A program made the translations under genes and the position numbers. The notes beneath the pieces were generated by a model. The model did no database searches. It had not been told where the DNA came from and saw nothing but the letters and a program-made list of their open reading frames with translations. A stretch of 64,000 nucleotides of DNA, from the NCBI GenBank assembly GCA_041651395.1, contig JBAZJI010000001.1, forward strand, positions 379,920 through 443,919, written 5' to 3'. This DNA is from Minisyncoccota bacterium. Lineage in GTDB: Bacteria; Patescibacteriota; Minisyncoccia; Minisyncoccales; JAGOPM01. This document shows, one piece after another, positions 19,873 through 28,966 of the stretch. How positions within the stretch are numbered: the stretch's first letter is position 1; every line of letters starts with the position of its first letter.

Positions 19873-20123
19873 GCCCTTACGCTCAGAAATGACTAAAACC
19901 TATTTTAAGAGCATCAAAAAACGTCAAGCGATTAACTAACCGTCCATTTGGACTGTGGTTAAGTCGCTCAAAAGCGACTTTTTTGTTTCTCACATTTCTG
20001 CCGCGGGTTCTTAAACAACTGAATATTAGAGAATATAAGATAAGGAAAATAATAAGAGTAAAGAACAAAGAAAATAAACAATAATATTATTTATATTATT
20101 GTGGTCTTAAATTGCTAGTTGAA

Positions 20124-23075
<2,952 letters not shown>

Positions 23076-23133
23076 CAGCTAGCAATTTAGGATCTCAGTA
23101 TCGTTAGCTTATATTCTTTTTGTGCACATTTAT

Positions 23134-23236
23134 TGGGGGCTATGCCAGTGTTGTCCCACCCGTTCCCATTCCGAACACGGAAGTGAAATACACTATGGCC
23201 GATGATAGTCGCAAGGCGAAAGTAGGTAGCCCCCGA
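23134..23236 (+). rRNA. rrf: 5S ribosomal RNA
   Basis: CCCACCCGTTCCCATTCCGAACACGGAAGTGAAA core. Flanked by the inverted repeat TGTGCACATTTAT / ATAAATGTGCACA. Confidence 0.9.
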
Positions 23237-23251
23237 TAAATGTGCACAAGC

Positions 23252-23281
23252 AAGGCCACCCGGAAGGGCGGTTTTTTGTTT
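23252..23281 (+). terminator. rRNA operon terminator
   Basis: GCCACCC-GGAA-GGGCGGT hairpin followed by TTTTTTG. Confidence 0.6.
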
Positions 23282-23341
23282 GCATTAGTTTATCGCCCGT
23301 GATAGTCTGTAAAAAGTATCTTAACAACAAAGGGGGTGTTT

Positions 23342-23836
23342 ATGCTCGATAAAAACAAGGCAGAAGATAGGGTAAGAAAAAGGCTTGACGAACTTGGGAT
23401 GGTTGTTTTTGCTGGTAGAGTTATAGTTCCAATAGATAAGGCGGTACTTGGCACTATCTCTTTGGGAAATTTCAAATCTGTAAAAAAGAATCGTCCAGTC
23501 GCTTACATCAGGAGTTGGCAGTCGGCTTCCTTAATGAAGATGCGCACCGACGCACACGGTCGCGCCGTTGGTTTCTACGATGCCAAAAGTTGGGATATGG
23601 GGATATCTTTTGCTGTTATCCGCGAAAAGGACAAAGGCTTGGTTTTCGAAACTGCTAAAAAATTATGCACGCGGAAAGTCTTGGGGGGATGTGACCAGCT
23701 AGTAATCAATATAAAGGAATACTCTTCGAAGGAGCCATATTTTCTTTGGAGGGTTCCAATTATACCAACTATACGTCGATATTTTTACATCGAGTATAGC
23801 GGTTCGGGCCTGCCCAAAATTGAGGAATATATATAG
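23342..23836 (+). CDS. Hypothetical protein upstream of the Ubl cassette (own terminator)
   Basis: ATG at 23342 with AAGGGGG upstream. 164 aa. Very weak PD-(D/E)xK-like pattern (AEDRVRKRLDELGMVVF ... WDMGISFAV ... LVFETAKK). Terminator TAGCC-GTGA-GGCTA-T7 at 23834-23855. Confidence 0.5.
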   Translation: MLDKNKAEDRVRKRLDELGMVVFAGRVIVPIDKAVLGTISLGNFKSVKKNRPVAYIRSWQSASLMKMRTDAHGRAVGFYDAKSWDMGISFAVIREKDKGLVFETAKKLCTRKVLGGCDQLVINIKEYSSKEPYFLWRVPIIPTIRRYFYIEYSGSGLPKIEEYI

Positions 23837-23917
23837 CCGTGAGGCTATTTTTTTATTGACAAAATTAAAGACTTATTGTATCGTATAACATTCACAATTT
23901 AATAAGAAGGAGGATAG

Positions 23918-25039
23918 ATGAATATTAAGGATTGCCGAGTCGGAGAAATGGTAATGATTAAGGCTACTTTAATTGAAAAGTTAAAGAGCTGCGTGAGATC
24001 CAGTGATAGCCGGAAGTCGTATTATGGAAAAGCCGTGACCATTTCTTACCTCGATCGCGTTAAGTGCCGGGCGAAAATCTTTGAGGATGGCCAGGAAGAT
24101 TGGTGGGAGGTATCGCTATTCGAAAAAGTTGAAGTTCCAATTAGCGTCGAAATTAAAAATGAGTTTGTTTACTACTACACTTCTACAACCAAGAGGGAAT
24201 CGACCACTTGGGAACTAAGGCGCAAGGTGCCGCTGGTCAAGCTACTCAAAAATTTGGAAGTCACAAAAAACATCGTAAATAGCGGTGGCACTGAGGCCTT
24301 GCCTAATGGGACAAGATTTTATTCTCGCATTGGGCAAAGTGAAGTGATTGTTCTTGAACAAGCCCCCAAAGTCGTCGATATCATGATAGGCGAGGACGCT
24401 TTTAGGTCAGATGGCAAAAGTGTGGCGAAATATTTTCTGGGAAAGTGGGAAAATCGTCATCATGTTGATAAGCCCTTCAAAATCGCTTATCCGTATGTGA
24501 TTTTTGTCGCTTATTTTCAGGAAAAATATCTTCGCACGCTTTCGGTATACTTCAGTAATGAAAGTATTTGTGACATTAACAACCCGCTGTTTTGCCCCCA
24601 TACACTGAATACGTGCATTGATTCTAGCGGATTTAACACTGTTTGTTTAGGCGATTACGAGACTAATACAGAGCAATCGCTCTGTGAACGGGTTAATGAT
24701 CTGCTCGATTATTTTTGGCATTCAGAGTGGGGAGACGATTATTACGACTACGACGATAGTGTGGAGGATGAAGACCAAGGCCTGGCCTTTGTGCGAAATC
24801 GCGATCTTGATAAGAGGGTCAAAACATTTAGCGCCTGGCAAACGGCTACCGAAAGGGATCCATTATTTGTTTGCAAGATAAATTGGGTGCCAACCGATTT
24901 GACAGTAGGGCAGGCAATGGCCGCGGCGCTCCGTGACGATTATGGCGATTTCGGGGAGAACGGCCTCATAGAACGTTCCTTGCATGATTACACCATCGAA
25001 TCTCTCACAGACGTCATTTATCAGACGCCTGAAGAGTAG
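23918..25039 (+). CDS. Candidate E2/UBC-like protein with extra N-terminal and acidic C-terminal regions
   Basis: 373 aa. AGGAGG SD and its own promoter/terminator. Beta-rich core (FKIAYPYVIFVAYFQEKYLRTLSVYF) followed by PLFCPHTLNTCIDSSGFNTVCLGDY, which resembles the E2 flap plus catalytic-Cys (G-x-x-hCL-D) layout. Assignment is by motif and context only. Confidence 0.4.
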   Translation: MNIKDCRVGEMVMIKATLIEKLKSCVRSSDSRKSYYGKAVTISYLDRVKCRAKIFEDGQEDWWEVSLFEKVEVPISVEIKNEFVYYYTSTTKRESTTWELRRKVPLVKLLKNLEVTKNIVNSGGTEALPNGTRFYSRIGQSEVIVLEQAPKVVDIMIGEDAFRSDGKSVAKYFLGKWENRHHVDKPFKIAYPYVIFVAYFQEKYLRTLSVYFSNESICDINNPLFCPHTLNTCIDSSGFNTVCLGDYETNTEQSLCERVNDLLDYFWHSEWGDDYYDYDDSVEDEDQGLAFVRNRDLDKRVKTFSAWQTATERDPLFVCKINWVPTDLTVGQAMAAALRDDYGDFGENGLIERSLHDYTIESLTDVIYQTPEE

Positions 25040-25132
25040 AATAGCGCCTTTTGGCGCTTTTTTGCTATATTGACACCAAGAAGAAAATATGTTAAAAAAT
25101 AATATTAACAAAACTATAAGGAGGAGGTTGAG

Positions 25133-25906
25133 GTGCTTGATATTTTTTATCTTGATGACCAGTTTAAGTTTGAGTCGGTGAAGAAAAACAGCTTTTATGT
25201 ATTGGCGAGTAACGGTTTATTTTTTTATCGGAAAATGAAGTTTTTTACTTCTTTGACCCCGGTATTCTTGCCAGCAAAAAAGCAATCGATTAGTCAGCTC
25301 CAGGCGGTTAAGCCATTTGTTGCGCTAAGTTTACCCAAGAAAATTCCTAATACGATTTTTGGGCAGGCTTTGTCGTTTTTTGGCGAAGTATTCAGCAAGT
25401 TCGCTGGGTCTGAGGCGGTTGTTCTGATTTATTGGAACAGCCTGACGGAAGAATATGATTTGCGCTGTCCCAAACAGGAAGTTGGTATCGGCTATATTAG
25501 CAGTTACGAGGTTGGGCCTAACCCGCCAAATTGTTTGCGCCTAGGAACCATTCATTCGCACGGTTCCATGGCGGCATTCCATTCCGGAGTCGATGACAAG
25601 GATGAGGAGCATGATGATGGCATCCACATTACAATCGGAACCATCAATTCTATGCCCAGTATTTCTTGTTCGGTCGTTATTTCCGGCGAGCGCTTTGAGA
25701 TTTCCGAAAAGGATATTTTTGAATATCCCAATGCTGGCCAGCATGATTTGCAGTGGATAAGGTCAGTCAAAAAAGCCGCGGTGGCCAGCTACTATGGAAA
25801 GAATAAAGTAGCTACGAGCAAGGGTAATTCTAAGATTTCCAGTTCGGACCTCGGTGATTTTTCATTGAGCAAATGCGTTCCGGAAATTTATGGACAGGAG
25901 GGCTAA
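25133..25906 (+). CDS. JAB/MPN (JAMM) metalloisopeptidase
   Basis: 257 aa with a GTG start 8 nt after AGGAGG. Complete JAMM signature: upstream Glu (GSEAVVLIYW) and HSHGSMAAFHSGVD (HxHx7Sx2D). Confidence 0.8.
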   Translation: MLDIFYLDDQFKFESVKKNSFYVLASNGLFFYRKMKFFTSLTPVFLPAKKQSISQLQAVKPFVALSLPKKIPNTIFGQALSFFGEVFSKFAGSEAVVLIYWNSLTEEYDLRCPKQEVGIGYISSYEVGPNPPNCLRLGTIHSHGSMAAFHSGVDDKDEEHDDGIHITIGTINSMPSISCSVVISGERFEISEKDIFEYPNAGQHDLQWIRSVKKAAVASYYGKNKVATSKGNSKISSSDLGDFSLSKCVPEIYGQEG

Positions 25907-26590
25907 TTGAATTGCAAAATTATTGGTTGCGGGGGAATTGGCACTTGGTTAGCAGAACCTTTGTGCCGTTATCTTAATCATAAGGAAGGACGGCATTGTG
26001 TCACCTTTATTGATGGGGACACCTTTGTGCCGGAGAATTCCTTACGCCAGTCGTTTGGTTCGCAAGGCAAAAAGGCGCGTGTTAAAGCCGGCGAGATTGC
26101 TCCTCGCTTTCGAAATTTGTCAGTGCGCGATATTGTGCAATACGTCACTAAAGAAAATATCAGTGCAGTCATCGCCCAAGGGGACACAGTGTTTCTTTGT
26201 GTCGATAATCACCAAACACGAAAACTTGTTTCTGACTATTGCCAGAAGCTTGATTGTGTGGTATTGATTTCGGGTGGCAATGAGTTAACAGATGGCAATA
26301 TCCAAACTTATATCAAGCGTGATGGTTTGGAAATTTGCCCACCAATAACTTATATGCATCCCGAAATTGTCAATCCCGATGACAGTAACCCGGGAGAAAT
26401 GAGTTGCGAGGAACTGTCACGCAGCGTTTCGGGCAAGCAAATTATCTTTACCAATTTTATGGCTGCCGCTTGCATGCTCGGTGCGTTTTTCTTGATTGAG
26501 GAGGATAGGCTTGATGATGTTGGGGAAATGTTCTTTGATTTGTTGACAGGTTCTGTCAAAAAAATTCCAAGGAGGAAAAGTCATGACTGA
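25907..26590 (+). CDS. Minimal E1-like (ThiF/MoeB family) adenylyltransferase
   Basis: 227 aa with a TTG start directly after the JAB stop. Motifs: IIGCGGIGTWLAEPL (GxGxxG), FIDGDTFVPENSLRQ, GKKARVKA, LCVDNHQTRKL. Candidate Cys in GEMSCEEL. No CxxC zinc motifs or rhodanese domain. Confidence 0.8.
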   Translation: MNCKIIGCGGIGTWLAEPLCRYLNHKEGRHCVTFIDGDTFVPENSLRQSFGSQGKKARVKAGEIAPRFRNLSVRDIVQYVTKENISAVIAQGDTVFLCVDNHQTRKLVSDYCQKLDCVVLISGGNELTDGNIQTYIKRDGLEICPPITYMHPEIVNPDDSNPGEMSCEELSRSVSGKQIIFTNFMAAACMLGAFFLIEEDRLDDVGEMFFDLLTGSVKKIPRRKSHD

Positions 26591-26843
26591 AGAAGAAAAA
26601 AAGGTTGAAGGCGCAGTAGAGACAGATGGCATTCTCGTTACCGTCATTTACGGTGCCAACGAGGAAACCATCAATGGGTTTACCGGCAAAACAGTCGGCG
26701 AAATCCGTCAGGCAAAGAGGGAATCTATGAATATCCCGCAGGGCGCCACAGCCTACTTGAATGGCGACCCGGTTGACGATGATGCCGTTGTCGAAGATGG
26801 AGATTCTCTGGAATTTTCCAAACTTTCCGGCAGAAAAGGCTAG
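26583..26843 (+). CDS. Ubiquitin-like beta-grasp protein (ThiS/MoaD-like) ending in Gly
   Basis: 86 aa. YLNGDPVDDDAVVEDGDSLEFSKLSGRKG-stop. Overlaps the E1 stop by 8 nt. AGGAGG SD. Confidence 0.7.
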   Translation: MTEEEKKVEGAVETDGILVTVIYGANEETINGFTGKTVGEIRQAKRESMNIPQGATAYLNGDPVDDDAVVEDGDSLEFSKLSGRKG

Positions 26844-26900
26844 TGCGCCAAGCCGAATCGATTTTTTTCTCAAAGTTTTTGTTAAAAAATTTTGAATTAT

Positions 26901-26924
26901 AGCCCTAGAAAAAGGGCTTTTTTA
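26901..26924 (+). terminator. Terminator of the JAB-E1-Ubl operon
   Basis: AGCCCT-AGAAAA-AGGGCT followed by TTTTT. A second hairpin lies at 26933-26950. Confidence 0.65.
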
Positions 26925-27071
26925 TTAAATAAAACTCCGTAAAACGGAGTAAGTTTTCTAGCTGTAGTCAATTAGCGTGTTGGGTCAGGCGGCGCACCAA
27001 ATCGTTTGACGTGCCCATATAAAAACGACCCGATGATATGCTCTCAAGTATATAAACGAAGTATTTCACGG

Positions 27072-27143
27072 TGGGCGATAGAGGATTCGAACCTCTAACC
27101 CTTCGCACGTCAAGCGAATGCTCTACCGTTGAGCTAACCGCCC
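27072..27143 (-). tRNA. tRNA-Val (anticodon GAC)
   Basis: Reverse complement GGGCGGT-TA-GCTC..GAGC-A-TTCGC-TTGACGT-GCGAA-..-AGAGG-TTCGAAT-CCTCT-ATCGCCC-A. CCA is not encoded. Confidence 0.9.
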
Positions 27144-27196
27144 ATGAATATTTACTTTTTTAGATTAGCATAAAATTAATAAAAAACAAGAGCGGA

Positions 27197-27568
27197 TTAT
27201 TTTTTAATCCGCTGTCCTTTGGCTTCAGCCAAAATTTCGTCCCAGGCTTTGAATATCGGGATGCTCGGCGCTTCATAGAGAGAGGCGGCCGTGTTCCGAA
27301 TTGCATCAGCCTTCTCTTTACCCAAAATACTGCGCAAGAGGGAAAAGGCGGCGCTAAAGAGAATAATGAAGAATAGTATCGCAATGAGAAGTCCAAAAAG
27401 CCGCACACCGGTATCCAATAACCAGAGAACCATTGAAGTGTTTGTAAAATATCTGAGCTTAAAAGCGACAAAATAAATTATTCCGAGAACTATGCAGATT
27501 GGGGCAATTCGCATAGTCCACTTTACCCATTTCCCCAAAGTTCTTACCCATGCCTCGCTGATTTTCAT
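27197..27568 (-). CDS. Small membrane protein, hypothetical
   Basis: 123 aa with 3 hydrophobic segments. AAGGAGG lies 4 nt upstream of the ATG. Confidence 0.5.
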   Translation of the reverse strand: MKISEAWVRTLGKWVKWTMRIAPICIVLGIIYFVAFKLRYFTNTSMVLWLLDTGVRLFGLLIAILFFIILFSAAFSLLRSILGKEKADAIRNTAASLYEAPSIPIFKAWDEILAEAKGQRIKK

Positions 27569-27684
27569 TTGTCCTCCTTGATATTATAATTATAGCATAT
27601 ATTTGTTAGAAAGTCAAATATAACGCTTCTTTGATATCCGAATAGCATTTGTAATTCCTTTTGAAATAGAGTAAATTACCAATA

Positions 27685-28467
27685 ATGGTTGCCAGCAGCC
27701 AAACAAATAAATATTTGTTTTTACTGGGCATATTTTTGGTGCTTTACACTTTTCAATCACCGATCCGGAGTGCTTTCATTTTTGCAACTTCACCATTGCA
27801 AGTTACTGGAACTTTTTTAGCTAGCAGTGTTAATGGCAGCTTGAACTATTTTTTTAACGCGGGTAATTTTCAACGCGAAAACGGCATCTTGCGCCTGAAA
27901 ATTGCCTCGCTGGAAGCCGAGTTAGCCCAATTACAGGAGATCCGCCGAGAAAATGAATCTTTACGCGAGGGCATGCAACTGAACTTGCAAAAAAAGCTTA
28001 ATGTGATTTCTGCCAAAACCATTCTTAAAAATCCTCAAACCGATACTTTGCTGGTCAATAAAGGCGAAATTCATGGAGTTCTGAAAGGTATGGCCGTTAT
28101 TACTCCGGAAAATATACTTATTGGTCGTGTAGGTGAAGTTTATTCCAGCTACTCTAGCGTCGATATGATTAGTAATACGTCTTTTCCGCTTTTTAATGCT
28201 AAGGTTGCCACTTCCGGTTTGGAAGTTGTGGTCCGCGGCAAGGGAAATGGTTTGATGGGGTTAGAGTTTGCCCCGGCCGATAAGGCTTTCCACGAGGGGG
28301 ATATTTTGGTATCAACCTTAACCGGGGGGATTTTCCCCGAGGGCCTACTAGTTGGTAAAATTTCTAAATTCAAAAAAAATGACACTGATCCGGTGCCGAC
28401 CGTTGAAGTGTCTTCCGATTACCGTTTTACCGGTTCGGATTATGTATTTTTGGTGGCGCCCAAATAA
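27685..28467 (+). CDS. mreC: Rod shape-determining protein MreC
   Basis: 260 aa. N-terminal TM segment, coiled coil LRLKIASLEAELAQLQEIRRENESL, beta-rich C-terminus. Followed by mreD and PBP2. Confidence 0.8.
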   Translation: MVASSQTNKYLFLLGIFLVLYTFQSPIRSAFIFATSPLQVTGTFLASSVNGSLNYFFNAGNFQRENGILRLKIASLEAELAQLQEIRRENESLREGMQLNLQKKLNVISAKTILKNPQTDTLLVNKGEIHGVLKGMAVITPENILIGRVGEVYSSYSSVDMISNTSFPLFNAKVATSGLEVVVRGKGNGLMGLEFAPADKAFHEGDILVSTLTGGIFPEGLLVGKISKFKKNDTDPVPTVEVSSDYRFTGSDYVFLVAPK

Positions 28468-28468
28468 C

Positions 28469-28966
28469 ATGAGCACGATTTCTAAATATTTATTGCTGCT
28501 TTTTTCGGCTATATTGCAAGTCAGTTTTTTTAACCACATTTCCGTATATGGTTATGTGCCGAATTTCTTTTTGATTTTGTTGGTGGCTTTGATTTTTACC
28601 GAATCTCCTTCGCAGTTTGAGGCGCCATATTTTGCCTTTTTCGCCGGAGTAATTTGGGATTTGCTGTTTGCCGCCAAATTTGGAGTTTGCACGATTTTAT
28701 TTTTCCTTCTCGCGCTTGCCCTGAAGCGCTTGCGTGAGGCCTTTGAGCCCGGTTTCTGGTTTTACTTAGTTTTTATTTTGGTGTTTTTCGCTTCTTATTT
28801 TGCCTTGGAGCCTTTAATGCTTGGCTATAATTTTCAAAATTTATTCCAAGCCAATAATTTTGCGCGCTTGGGCACAAATTTTGCGATTAATTTTTTTTGC
28901 ACTTTGGGAGCTTTTATTATAATGGATTATGGATTCGGATTTATTCGTAACAAGGCCACATTCTGA
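28469..28966 (+). CDS. mreD: Rod shape-determining protein MreD (probable)
   Basis: Start at MSTISKYLLLLFSAILQVSFF, 1 nt after the mreC stop. Polytopic and about 165 aa. Assignment rests on position between mreC and mrdA. Confidence 0.6.
   Translation: MSTISKYLLLLFSAILQVSFFNHISVYGYVPNFFLILLVALIFTESPSQFEAPYFAFFAGVIWDLLFAAKFGVCTILFFLLALALKRLREAFEPGFWFYLVFILVFFASYFALEPLMLGYNFQNLFQANNFARLGTNFAINFFCTLGAFIIMDYGFGFIRNKATF

Noticed and set aside
19889-19939. A 16-codon ORF (MTKTYFKSIKKRQAIN) in the 23S leader, considered as a leader peptide.
   Set aside because: It has no SD or other initiation signal, and such a short ORF is expected by chance in AT-rich sequence.
23288-23300. A TATCGCCC match to the tRNA-Val 3' end, considered as a possible attL/attR repeat delimiting the Ubl islet.
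   Set aside because: The match is only 8 nt and is in inverted rather than direct orientation relative to the tRNA. It is insufficient for an att site.
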